The notes under the pieces were generated by a model. That model had not been told where the DNA came from. It made no database searches and saw only the letters and a program-made list of their open reading frames with translations. A stretch of DNA of 64,000 nt from a virus. Lineage: Duplodnaviria; Heunggongvirae; Uroviricota; Caudoviricetes. The stretch lies in IMG/VR virus record IMGVR_UViG_3300025659_000002, positions 1 to 64,000 of that record, one strand, 5' to 3'. The position numbers and the translations under genes were made by a program. Positions 26,425-36,306 of the stretch are shown here, piece after piece; within the stretch, counting starts at the first letter, position 1, and the number at the start of each line of letters is the position of its first letter.

Positions 26425-26832
26425 TTACAGTAAGCCTTGTCGTTCTAGTACAATTTTAATAGTATCATTATCGATACATTGGCATCCTACCTGGATATCA
26501 TCCTCACTAAAGACTACTTCATGTTCACCTATATACAAGGTTTCCTCTTCTATTTCTTCTGGCTCCACTCTCATAAGAACGAAGAAAGGATATGAATTAC
26601 CGTCTGATAACTCTATTCCTGTGTTAGAGTTTTTGCCTAGATTTGTTATTTTAAGGATATGCTCCTCTTCAACAGCCTCGGTCATCTCATGGATCCAGCT
26701 GTCTCCCCAACCCATTTCACCATCTTCAGCTGTTCTAACAACTTTAATAGATTCTCCTACTTCGAAGTCAGTGGCCTCGCTTAAAGTCATGTAGGCCATA
26801 CTTAGTTTTGCGCTTGTTTCGCTATTGTTCAT
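26425..26832 (-). CDS. paralog family A member 2 (VVRTAEDGEMGWGDSW, ...ERQGLL)
   Basis: Shares the RTAE-GEMGWG and RQGLL motifs. Confidence 0.5.
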   Translation of the reverse strand: MNNSETSAKLSMAYMTLSEATDFEVGESIKVVRTAEDGEMGWGDSWIHEMTEAVEEEHILKITNLGKNSNTGIELSDGNSYPFFVLMRVEPEEIEEETLYIGEHEVVFSEDDIQVGCQCIDNDTIKIVLERQGLL

Positions 26833-26861
26833 TGTTTGTTTCCTTTATTTTAAAAGATTTA

Positions 26862-27500
26862 TTAGTTTCTGGCAATGATGCCTTGTTTTTTGGCAACAGT
26901 TAATAATTGATCGTTGGATATAGTTAGGTTTCCAACCCTTACATACTCTTTGTGGAAGTGCATAATAGATCCATCAAAGACTAGGGCTACGTCTTCCACA
27001 AACTCTAAAACAAACCAAGGTACCCAGTACGGGTTATCTCCCTCTAGGTCTTCAATTTCATAACTATTGTGATCTTTATTAGTAATTCTATATAAATCGC
27101 CAACATCACAATCGTCTAATTCTTCAGGCCACTCCTCTGCCCATCCATATTCATCTTCTTCTGCAGTTCTGACTAATTTTACTAAATTGCCTGTTTTCAG
27201 CTCACACTTTGCGTGGTATTCCTCAAAAATTCCATATAATGAGTTAGTGTTTGTATCTGGTTCTAGTACAAACCATGGATACCATCTAGTTCCGGCTGGT
27301 GTATCTAACATAATTCCCTGTCTAGGGTCTACAGCTGTTACTGTATAAATATGGTCCACTGTACTGTTCATGTCCGTTGTCCAAACACAGCCGTACCCCA
27401 TTTCGCCAGTTTTAGCCGTTCTAATGACTCTTACTTTATCCCTGACTCTAATATTGCAGTTTTCAGTAAATCGTCTATATAATTCTCGTTCGTTAGTCAT
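26862..27500 (-). CDS. paralog family A member 3 (two VRTA-x-GEMGYG/EYGWA repeats)
   Basis: Internal duplication of the family domain; C-terminal KKQGII. Confidence 0.5.
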   Translation of the reverse strand: MTNERELYRRFTENCNIRVRDKVRVIRTAKTGEMGYGCVWTTDMNSTVDHIYTVTAVDPRQGIMLDTPAGTRWYPWFVLEPDTNTNSLYGIFEEYHAKCELKTGNLVKLVRTAEEDEYGWAEEWPEELDDCDVGDLYRITNKDHNSYEIEDLEGDNPYWVPWFVLEFVEDVALVFDGSIMHFHKEYVRVGNLTISNDQLLTVAKKQGIIARN

Positions 27501-27660
27501 TTGACTTTTCCTTATTTTTATTGTTTATAATAAATGTTGTTTATGTTTGATGTCATATATACTTATGGCTGTGTTTCGCGCTTCGGCGGTGGAAGATCCA
27601 TAGGTAATACACATTTTTGGTTAGAGACGGTTCCTCGGTTCCTAGACCCAGACTCCGTCA

Positions 27661-27706
27661 GGTTGATAGCTTGATAGCTTGATAGCTTGATAGCTTGATA
27701 GCTTAG
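27661..27706. repeat. tandem repeat (GCTTGATA)x6
   Basis: gcttgatagcttgatagcttgatagcttgatagcttgatagctt read directly from the sequence. Confidence 0.9.
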
Positions 27707-28665
27707 TCAGAAAATAGTTTAGATTCGCCATAGTTGTTATACGTATTATCTATACTGTCATTATGGTCATAGTAGTCATCAGCTGGCATTCCAACTGTTT
27801 TAATAAAAGCTTCAGATAGCTCAGCATGTGTAGGTATTTTAGGGTTTACTTCTAATGACCATAAGGGATATGACCACTTTACTAAACTTTCATCTGCAAA
27901 TATACTACGTTTGTCGGTAATGTCGAGATTAGGTTTTAACCATACACGAGCATTATGTATATCTACGCGATCTACAATAGCAAATCTACCAATTGCTTCA
28001 TCCATATTAGGAATCCAACAAGCTTTAGCTCCCAAATATTCATCTGGCACTTTAGTAACTATCTTTACTGAGTCACCAGCGTGTATATAAGACTCTAATA
28101 ATATTGAGTAAGCTTCTTTTATAGAAAGGTCTTGAAGTACGGCGCCAAATACGCTATCTTCCTCTTTACGTACGTCTTCTGCAATTACTTCAGAAATTAA
28201 CTTAGGAACTAATAAAGAAGTATAATTATTACTACTGCAGACGCTGGTAGTTTCTTCTAATTCTATCTTCTTTAAGCACCATATAGGGAAATAGCATTTA
28301 ACTGCTGCTAATATTGTTTCAGTTGTATGTGTAAATATGCCTCTTTCGGAATACCAAATTGGATCTTCGCATAAAGTTACGCCATTCACGTAGGAACGTC
28401 TGTGCCCGAAAGGAGCGTTTGATAGTGTTTCAGGCGAGTCTATTATATGTATACCTTCAACTATAAATCTATGCCCTATTGTTACATCCATTTCTGGTAT
28501 CCAGTCCGTTGACCAGCCTAGCTTTTTACTAATGTCGCTAGTGTCTGAGGGGCTGTTGATTGTGTATGGATTTAGGACTTCTACTATATCTCCTGGCTTT
28601 AGATACGAACTTTGTAAAGTTTCATAAGCCTTTCTTAATATGATATTTTTGGGGGTGTTATTCAT
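27703..28665 (-). CDS. paralog family B member 1 (YPLWSL motif protein, 320 aa)
   Basis: Shares the KPGD..V, W.PEMD..IGH.F.V and YPLWSL motifs with 28747..29343. Confidence 0.5.
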   Translation of the reverse strand: MNNTPKNIILRKAYETLQSSYLKPGDIVEVLNPYTINSPSDTSDISKKLGWSTDWIPEMDVTIGHRFIVEGIHIIDSPETLSNAPFGHRRSYVNGVTLCEDPIWYSERGIFTHTTETILAAVKCYFPIWCLKKIELEETTSVCSSNNYTSLLVPKLISEVIAEDVRKEEDSVFGAVLQDLSIKEAYSILLESYIHAGDSVKIVTKVPDEYLGAKACWIPNMDEAIGRFAIVDRVDIHNARVWLKPNLDITDKRSIFADESLVKWSYPLWSLEVNPKIPTHAELSEAFIKTVGMPADDYYDHNDSIDNTYNNYGESKLFSD

Positions 28666-28746
28666 ATTTGTGTTTCCTTTAATATGTTAAGTTAGTGTGT
28701 TGAATTAATATTGTTTATTATTCTGAAAGTATAATTTACTATATGT

Positions 28747-29343
28747 TTAAGTAAAGAGAGAAGGGGTTACCTCATATCCTTGTGATGGCTTGTTTAATGG
28801 TCCATCTTCTGGATAAGTGCAAGATACATCAGCTGGCTTTGGAGGAGCCAAGGTGCCATCTTTGTCAACAACAAAATTTAAGTCTATATATTCAATTGAT
28901 TGTCTCATTTGTATGCTTACATTTATAGAATCTATTTGTTCTATCATATTTTTATCTAATGTTGTACTTAGATTTCTACGAATTTCATTACTTACAGCTT
29001 TGAGTACATCTGGGTTTTTTGGATACATTGGATGTGGAGGTACTATCTTTTGTAGACTCCATAGCGGGTATAGATAGTTACTAGCGTAGTCAATTGCTTC
29101 GTACTCCTCAGTATCTACGGTATCTTTTAATATAATACTATATTTTGGATGCATCTTAAGAGATATACCGCTATATTCTAATTTGTTTACGATAAATACA
29201 TGACCTATTGCTGGGTGCATATAGTATTCCCAGGAATATGGGTTCCCTGCAAAGTGGCGTGATGTTCGGTGAGTAACTAGTACTACATCACCGGTTTTTA
29301 AATAGGAGTTATATAATGAAGTATATTCGGACGTGTGTGTCAT
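28747..29343 (-). CDS. paralog family B member 2 (start trimmed to MTHTSEY)
   Basis: ORF track 28747..29574; the N-terminal 77 codons are low-complexity translation of the iteron region, so the ATG at about 29343 was used. Confidence 0.45.
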   Translation of the reverse strand: MTHTSEYTSLYNSYLKTGDVVLVTHRTSRHFAGNPYSWEYYMHPAIGHVFIVNKLEYSGISLKMHPKYSIILKDTVDTEEYEAIDYASNYLYPLWSLQKIVPPHPMYPKNPDVLKAVSNEIRRNLSTTLDKNMIEQIDSINVSIQMRQSIEYIDLNFVVDKDGTLAPPKPADVSCTYPEDGPLNKPSQGYEVTPSLFT

Positions 29344-29399
29344 TTTAGTGAGTTCCTGGTTAATTTTGATTGTAATTTTTGTAATAATTTGTGTGTTTT

Positions 29400-30440
29400 G
29401 GGACAATTTATTGGTAAAAAGAGCGCAAAAGTGGTCAAAAGGTGGTTGAAAGTGGTAAGCAATTGGTCGAAAGTGGTAACGAAAGTGCTCAAAGTGGTAA
29501 AGAAAAGTGTAGTTTTGGTAAGACCTATATGTTGTGTAATGGGTATATAGCTTGTGTACGATATAGTTCTGCACAACATATGGGTAACCTATATAGCTGC
29601 TTGCTCTATCTAAAATAGAAATACACTGGCTTTTTTTGATGGTTTTTTTACCACTTTTGATGTTTTGCTTACCAGTTTGGGGCGTTCGCTTACCACTTTA
29701 GGGGGGTTGGCTTACCAGTTTGGGGGTTTTGCTTACCAGTGCCATTTTGGTCGAAATTGGGTGTAAGTATAGGTAAATAATAAAGATAAGAGAAAAGTAT
29801 AAAAAATCCAAACTACACTTTTGAATCCATTACTACACCATTACTACACATAGTAAAAAAATATATGTATATATAATAACAATAACTTATTTGGTCTAAA
29901 CTACGATTACTACGATTACTACGCTTTCTGGAAGGAGAGACACGTCAGCAAATATTTATAAATTGTCGATCTCTTTTTTTTCTGATTAAGGACCCTCTAG
30001 TTTTGGCCTAAAAGTGTAGTAATGTAGTTTAGTATTGATAAGTGTATGTAAATAAAGAATATATCCAAACTACACTTTTGAAAATAGGTGTAGTAACGTG
30101 TAGTAATGAAATTGGTAATTGCTATAAATGCTTAAAAATACTGATGTTATAGATAAAAAAAAGTGTAGTTTAGAATTTGGAAATATTTCCTTAATTAGGA
30201 TACGCTTGTCTTTTTAGTATATAAATGATGGTGTAAGTGATGGTGTAAATGGTGTTCCGTGCAGGCTACAAGCCTACTTTTTCCTAAAGTTAATTACAAG
30301 CGGTTTGCTAGCAACCAACTTGTGTTCTCCTTAGTACGCATTATTGATATATATGCTAACGGAACATTCAGGAAGTTTAATGGCCTTTCGAGAAGAAAAA
30401 GATAGCACGGCCAATTACGGCCAATTATTCTTCTTCAGGA
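29400..30440. repeat. non-coding iteron-rich region
   Basis: 29431-29512: about 7 phased copies of AAAGTGGTAA-like decamers. 29640-29745: about 5 inverted copies (GCTTACCAGTTTGGGG). Two copies of CCAAACTACACTTTTGAA (29808, 30065) and several GTGTAGTAA/TACTACGATTACTAC units. No plausible ORF. Confidence 0.8.
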
Positions 30441-30450
30441 TGTAGTAGTA

Positions 30451-31272
30451 TTATTTGGTTGTGGTGTCTGCTTTTGATACTAAATCTTCAGCACAAGGTA
30501 CATAGACTGACTCATAAGTTACTGAATCTTGTTTGTTAGCTATGTGAGCTAACCCACGCCAGGCTGCTTCAGGTAAGTTCATACATCCTAGTTTTCTGAT
30601 GGTACCGTTTTCTCTGTATCTTATGTTGTATCCGAAAAGCCTTTGAGGTTTTGGGTCTTGTAGGTGTTTGTAGTTGAACCCTGGATAGAAGAATGTGCTC
30701 TTACCCGGAATTAGGTGAGTCTCGTTCTCATACTCATCGCTGTAGTTTTTTAAGGAGTGTATTCGAAATATTGGCTCTAAATAAGAGTCCAGAGCGCTAT
30801 CGATTATTACACATAGCTCGTCATTTCCAACATTTCCAGGTATTTGAACAATATCACCTTCACAAGGAGTTGTAACTTTTGAGGGGTTGTATAGCTTTCT
30901 TATAAGATCTTTAGAAAACATAATTGATCGAGCATCTGTAGCAGAATATACTATAAATGCACCTTTCAACATTGCAAACACAAAGTCTTTAGAGCTGAAC
31001 AACACTTTAGGTACTAACTCTCTGGGGTAGTATATATTAAAGGCTGAGTGAGATAATTTAGCTCCTGAGCTATATAGTAATAGATGAGGAGTGTCTACAG
31101 ATACGCTGTCTTGTTGCATTACTGTTACAACATTATTATTGATATCAGTACATATTCGTAGATGACCTATTAACTCGTCAATGCTTTGCTGACTAGACAT
31201 AAGATAATAGAGCCTTGACATATAGTCTTCTACTGCTAGATTAGCTATTTGGGGATGGTCTTTGAGATTCAT
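30451..31272 (-). CDS. paralog family C member 1 (PCEGD motif protein, 273 aa)
   Basis: Shares the PCEGD[IV]V and RLFGYN motifs with the next two genes. Confidence 0.5.
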   Translation of the reverse strand: MNLKDHPQIANLAVEDYMSRLYYLMSSQQSIDELIGHLRICTDINNNVVTVMQQDSVSVDTPHLLLYSSGAKLSHSAFNIYYPRELVPKVLFSSKDFVFAMLKGAFIVYSATDARSIMFSKDLIRKLYNPSKVTTPCEGDIVQIPGNVGNDELCVIIDSALDSYLEPIFRIHSLKNYSDEYENETHLIPGKSTFFYPGFNYKHLQDPKPQRLFGYNIRYRENGTIRKLGCMNLPEAAWRGLAHIANKQDSVTYESVYVPCAEDLVSKADTTTK

Positions 31273-31273
31273 G

Positions 31274-31990
31274 TTATCCTTTCATTGCGTTTTTTAGAAG
31301 TAAGTCCCATAATTTGGGGTCAATATCTTGGCAACCTACATTTGATATAGCATTTCTTTCTTTATTGTAAGTTGTACAATTACTACCAAATAGAAATTTG
31401 GGAGTAGGGTCTTGTAAAAACTCACAATCTAATAGGTCTGTGTACTCTATGCCTATTTCATAATCATCTACTATTCTAGTACATCTCATCATTAGTTTAT
31501 TACCCGCTATGCAGGCGTCCAAGATCATAACCATCTCACCAGTTTTAGTTCTTACTACGTCACCTTCACAGGGTTGGTTGGTGTGGTCGCTTCGTCGTAT
31601 TTTTCTAATGAGGTTTTTTGTAAATACCCAGATTTCATCTCCGTGTAGTAATAAGTAGGCTTCTCCTATGTCGGCAACAATATAATCGTTTGTTCCATCC
31701 TTATCATAAATAATGTTAGGTATGAGGTGTTCAGGGTATGTGTAAGTTTTTAGCTTTTTGATGGGCGCGAGGTCCCCTATATGAGTTGAGTGCCAGGTTC
31801 TATAAGGCAGTTGTTGATTCATAGGGAAGCCGGGTTTAGAGAACCACATAAACACAGCACCCTCCTGAGTTCGCTGTATTGAGATGTCTTTAAGTTTAAA
31901 AGTGTTGTATCCGCTCAGAACTTCGTCATATAAATGCAGATAAGCTTGTACTAAGGATAGATGATATTTGTTAATAATATGTTGTAGCAT
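31274..31990 (-). CDS. paralog family C member 2 (238 aa)
   Basis: NQPCEGDVV, FLFGSN. Confidence 0.5.
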   Translation of the reverse strand: MLQHIINKYHLSLVQAYLHLYDEVLSGYNTFKLKDISIQRTQEGAVFMWFSKPGFPMNQQLPYRTWHSTHIGDLAPIKKLKTYTYPEHLIPNIIYDKDGTNDYIVADIGEAYLLLHGDEIWVFTKNLIRKIRRSDHTNQPCEGDVVRTKTGEMVMILDACIAGNKLMMRCTRIVDDYEIGIEYTDLLDCEFLQDPTPKFLFGSNCTTYNKERNAISNVGCQDIDPKLWDLLLKNAMKG

Positions 31991-32011
31991 ATTTATTCCT
32001 TTTTTAATAGT

Positions 32012-32698
32012 TTAAAAATAATCGTTGTTGGCGGATTCAAGTAACACGTCCCACAAGGATTTAGTGATCCTATGACATCCAATTTGAACAATCCGGGACT
32101 GAGAACCCTCATTAGTAAATCTGGCGTGATACCCGAACAATCGAGGTGGTCTTTTGGTTTGTAAAAATTCACAAGAATTTACAAAGCTCATAGATACCTC
32201 ACGATCGTAGCCCCGAGTGGTGGCTATAGAATAATTGAAAAGATTATTATTTTCTTGAAGAGTTACATAATTTATAGTATGTGGGGTATCTTCAAATAAT
32301 ATAACATCACCTTCGCAGGGTACCAGTACTTTAGTAGGAAGGCCTATCTTACGTATCAAGTTTTTGGAAATATATATATAATCGGAAAGTTCATGATGAT
32401 ACACTAAAAAATGATTTCTAAAAGCTGCGTAAATTGCTGTACCACTTTTACTTAACACTGTAGGCTTTAATTCTTCTGGAAACTCATAATGGTGAATCGT
32501 TTTGGTAGGAGGTAAGCCTGTATAGCTACGAGAATAAGCTGTGTATTTTCCTGTAGACAACACATACCCTATCGAAACATCGCCGAATATAGTTCTCTGT
32601 ATAATAACTGGAGTATGTATGTCCCCCATTCTATGTTGCAGGGACATATATTCTTTAGCAAGTTCATATGTTAATTTGTCTGTAATAGTTTTAAGCAT
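32012..32698 (-). CDS. paralog family C member 3 (228 aa)
   Basis: LVPCEGDVI, RLFGYHARF. Confidence 0.5.
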   Translation of the reverse strand: MLKTITDKLTYELAKEYMSLQHRMGDIHTPVIIQRTIFGDVSIGYVLSTGKYTAYSRSYTGLPPTKTIHHYEFPEELKPTVLSKSGTAIYAAFRNHFLVYHHELSDYIYISKNLIRKIGLPTKVLVPCEGDVILFEDTPHTINYVTLQENNNLFNYSIATTRGYDREVSMSFVNSCEFLQTKRPPRLFGYHARFTNEGSQSRIVQIGCHRITKSLWDVLLESANNDYF

Positions 32699-32717
32699 TA
32701 CTGCTCCTTTTTATTTG

Positions 32718-32903
32718 TTAATTAGTTTCGATAAGATATTTAGCAAAATCAGATAAGCTTACGTCTTTAGGTAATTGTTTCATGTATTTAGAGATAATAA
32801 CTTTTAGTTCTAGTTCTTTGTTTGATTTTGTAGAACGTAAGGCTTTATTAATTTTGAACACAACCTCTTTATCGAAGAGATTGTTTAAATCGAATTTAGT
32901 CAA
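32718..32903 (-). CDS. hypothetical protein (61 aa)
   Basis: ORF track. Confidence 0.35.
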   Translation of the reverse strand: MTKFDLNNLFDKEVVFKINKALRSTKSNKELELKVIISKYMKQLPKDVSLSDFAKYLIETN

Positions 32904-32982
32904 TGATGGGTCTCCTGTGTATTCCAGTATTCTTATACCGGTATTTATTAAATAATGTTATAGGGTTAAATATTGTCATAGG

Positions 32983-33014
32983 TCTTATACCTACAAATTT
33001 AAGGTAAAAAAAAG
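32983..33014 (-). promoter_or_regulatory. variant copy of the recurrent promoter-like motif
   Basis: gtcttatacctacaaatttaaggtaaaaaaaag, about 75 nt upstream of the 32903 start codon. Confidence 0.35.
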
Positions 33015-34114
33015 AATACGCTTGTAAGATGGCACAGAGTGCACGGGCGTAAGGCCAATTTTTCAGGTGGCTTTCCTGGTATTCTTTTTATGGAAGATGA
33101 GAGTGGCTGAGGGGTAAACTCTTCTTCCGAGGGATGCAACTCCCTTTGCGAGACTTATTAATCCCCGCACCACCTACGTTAAGTAGGAAGCCCTATCTTA
33201 AATTCTTTTCCAAATTGAAGGCTCTAGCCTTGCAACTCCTTCGGATAGACACCCAACGTTTTTATTACGTCTTTGGCCCAGTTTTATGAAGTTTGTACTT
33301 TTCCTGAGAATACAGTTAGTACGGTATATCTTTAAAGGGATCATTTCAATTCCCCTCGTTTCCACGCAGACTTACGTCGTCGTAATACACCAATCACAGC
33401 TCCAGGTATGGAGCCAGGTCTTTCCACTTACATTAACTCTACAATTTCACGACTATCTTAGCTGCCGCCAAGCTTAACCGCTTCCTTATAAATACTGCTG
33501 CAACCCTTGCGAGGCGCAGAGCTCGACGTTATACAGGCCGATATTAGTGATCTTTTATTATAAGCAGCCAGGAATCTAATTGCTTTCATTATAAATGACG
33601 AGAATCGAACTCGTGATCTACGGATTAATATTCCGTTGCTCTACCAACTGAGCTACATTATGGTTTTTCTGTGATTGGGAGGACGCGTTCCCGGTTGTGG
33701 TTACGTAGTTTTCAGCCACATAATGCCACTCGCCCTCGTAAGTCATTAGCCATGACAGCCTCCGATCCTTCATCATAGTAGTTGTCTCTTCTTGACTTAG
33801 AAGCCAATGAAGGCCTCAATATCTTGATCCCGACAAACTATATAATTGATAACCCGCTTGACAGACAGGATATCTTGCGATTACTATACAGACATTTCTG
33901 CCTACCCCTCAGGGGATACGTATCTCGACCTTCACGCCTCGCAGTTAGCCTGGAGTGTTGGACTATTTTTTACAAGATAAATAGAAGTTCGCAGTGTATA
34001 AATGTTTGCACTCCCGAAGGAGAACAACGCAATGCCAGGTATAATTTCACAGACCCGACTGCTTTTAGTCCCATTGCTGGGGTTATCTTTAACTGGATGT
34101 CATACCACCCAGGT
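33015..34114 (-). ncRNA. GC-enriched ORF-poor island, candidate large structured ncRNA with embedded tRNA-like element
   Basis: About 1.1 kb at roughly 45% GC against about 33% background, with no convincing ORF. Bounded by promoter-like motifs at 34146 (oriented toward it) and 32983. Confidence 0.35.
33590..33662 (-). tRNA. degenerate tRNA-like element (anticodon loop ATATTAA; acceptor stem does not pair)
   Basis: CATAATG-TA-GCTCAGTTGGTAGAGC-A-ACGGA-ATATTAA-TCCGT-AGATC-ACGAG-TTCGATT-CTCGT-CATTTAT. Canonical D-, anticodon- and T-arms but unpaired acceptor arms (both sides contain ATAATG as a direct repeat). Confidence 0.35.
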
Positions 34115-34155
34115 GCTAATTAAGGCTAAGCCTTGATTGCGAAATTCTTATACCA

Positions 34156-34190
34156 GAAAATATTGTTTTTTAAAAGACATTGGGTTATAT
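34156..34190 (+). promoter_or_regulatory. sigma70-like promoter candidate (TTGTTT-17-TATATT)
   Basis: ttgttt(tttaaaagacattgggt)tatatt ends 10 nt before the ATG at 34197. Confidence 0.3.
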
Positions 34191-34196
34191 TCAAGT

Positions 34197-35696
34197 ATGG
34201 AAAGAAATTATGAAGTATTTAGAGCTAGGGTAGTTTCAGTAGAGAGTCCTGATGTAAACGCCCTAGATAAAAAAGACATATATATTCAGGCAATAGATGA
34301 GACAGATCCTGAGAAGACGTATTTGGCGTTACCTCCGATATTTATACCAACTTCTGCATTTGGGTCGGGAGTAGTATCAGTGCCTCCTGAAAATCAGGAG
34401 TGTTTGGTGGCCTTGGACAAATGAAATAATGTTGCACAGATTCTTACTTATATCCCCTCAGGACTATCTTCGGCCTTCGGCGGTTTATCTGCAGAAGCTG
34501 TACCAGAGGGGGGAGTGTTATTAAAAATAGGTGGAAAGAACAAAACTAACTTCCTAATGGCTCCAGATGGATTCTTTAGTTGGTTTTCTAACGCCTTCGC
34601 TGAAATAACTTTGGATGGAGCTTATAAGAAACTAAATATTACAACTAAACGATATGAAAGACGAAGCGCAACTAATTTTGTTAGAGACTCATATCATCCT
34701 AAGAAATCTGCAGGAATAGATAAAGGAGCTACATCACATTTAGAAGTATATTCAAAGTTTGATGATACTACTGGGTATCTTGACCATATCTCAGAAAACA
34801 CTGAGACTCACCGCAGTATTCCTTTCAAGCACCAATTCACAGATCAAACTATTATAAAGTCTGGATACATACCTCATGTTAAGAATTTAAAAGGCACGCC
34901 TTATTCCCATTTGTATCAATTAGAGACTAGACAAGCTACTGGAGGTTCTAAACAGAAGAATACCTATACTAAGTTACATCTAGGGTATCAAGGGGCTACA
35001 GATCTATTTGATATAGGAGAAGAACACCCGGCAGGTTCTTTATTTCATTGGGTATTTAAACGAGCAGTAACAAATAATAATAGCTCAATGATAAATAGAT
35101 TTGGGAAATTAGAGTCCGGGAGTTTAGCGGGAGAGTTATATAGACATCAAATATATGATGGAACTTTTGATGCTACAGCCTGGAAAGCTGGGCAAGGTTA
35201 CGATTATACTTTTATCAACACCGGAATTAAACAGCAATATGTAAGTAGTTTTGGCAAGTTAAACACGGGTAGAATATGAGGAAGACACATCCATCAGCTA
35301 GAAACCACAACTAATGGTAAAATGTATACTAAAGAGTTTGGCGGTACAGATATATTAAAGACAACAGTGCAGTCCGGGGATGTTGCAACTCCAGAGTTGA
35401 AATTGACAAAGACGTTAAATAATGAGGCATACACTGTTAAACTGAATCTAGGAGATACTACTCTTACTATAACTTTGGATAGCAGCGGAATAACTCTTGA
35501 CGTGCCTGAAGGTAAAAATGTGTATCTCGGAGGCTCAGAGGGTCAGACGTTAGTTACTAAAGAGTTTGTTACAGAATTATACGCGGGACATACACATGGT
35601 ACAGGAGTGGGACCTTCGTCACCTCCAATAATTCAGCCAAGTATTTATGATCCTTTGGATGAGAATATTTATACTGTGAAGACTTTATCAGAATAA
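34197..35696 (+). CDS. baseplate central spike / VgrG-gp5-like protein (OB-fold N-terminus, beta-helix with HTH motif), containing in-frame TGA
   Basis: ORFs 34137..34424, 34515..35279 and 35322..35696 share one frame and are separated only by TGA at 34422 and 35277. Reading through gives ALDKWNNVAQ and TGRIWGRHIH. N-terminal FRARVVSV...GSGVVSVPPENQECLVAL resembles the gp5/VgrG OB fold; C-terminal YAGHTHGTGVGP is HxH-like. Ends TAA. Confidence 0.55.
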
Positions 35697-36238
35697 TGTT
35701 AAGTGAAACTAATTTAAAGACTGAGCTAATCGCGGAGTTTTATAAGTATTATTATTTAGAAGGCGATAACCGAATAGCTTATACAGTTGATGAAAAAAGC
35801 ATCAGGTTAGGGGAGATTATTAGTGAATATATGAGCGAGGCTGTAGTAGGAGTTACTGGAATCACTACAAACTTTTCTAATGTAGAAATAACTATACCCG
35901 AATGACCAGAGGTTGATGTATCTTTAACTTTTATATCTAACCCATTGGCGGAGATTTCAGGGTCTAGAGGTATATCTGATGAAGATTTACTAGCGGAAGC
36001 TACTACATTAGTACCTACAGCAGTAGGATTTATAACTTATACTCCTGTAGGACCAATAATACCCTTTATAACACCCACATGAGGTAGCAGCAATGCAGAG
36101 TTAATAGCCCAAACTGTGGAGATCTTTTGTGAAGACTTGGCAACTAGTATCCATAACTATGTAAAACAAATAAAGTTTCAAATGACAGGAACGTCGGCAA
36201 GTGGTGTAGTACTTACAGTAGTATGGACTATAACGTAG
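35696..36238 (+). CDS. hypothetical structural-module protein with two in-frame TGA
   Basis: ORF 35696..35905 continues in frame through TGA at 35903 and TGA at about 36080 to TAG at 36236-36238. Readthrough context ITIPEWPEVD, TPTWGSS. ATAATG overlap with the upstream gene. Confidence 0.45.
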
Positions 36239-36245
36239 ATAATAC

Positions 36246-36274
36246 TTGACTAAAAACCTAAGCTTAGTTATATT
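36246..36274 (+). promoter_or_regulatory. sigma70-like promoter candidate (TTGACT-17-TATATT)
   Basis: ttgact + 17 nt + tatatt, 32 nt upstream of the RBS/ATG at 36307. Confidence 0.4.
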
Positions 36275-36306
36275 GAAATGTTAGAAGAAACAAAGTTAGT
36301 GATTAA

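Noticed and set aside
29335-29579. ORFs 29335..29550 (+) and 29340..29579 (-), and the N-terminal 77 codons of 28747..29574
   Set aside because: They are translations of the AAAGTGGTAA iteron array (low-complexity TTF/VVK repeats), not genes.
29400-30440. CRISPR array
   Set aside because: Repeats are 10-20 bp, degenerate, partly inverted, with 1-10 bp irregular gaps rather than 25-40 bp repeats with unique spacers.
33782-34123. ORF 33782..34123 (+, 113 aa)
   Set aside because: Composition (GC-rich, Arg/Pro/Cys-rich) is unlike any other protein in this AT-rich genome. It lies in the GC island I interpret as non-coding RNA, and the motif at 34146 is oriented for minus-strand transcription.
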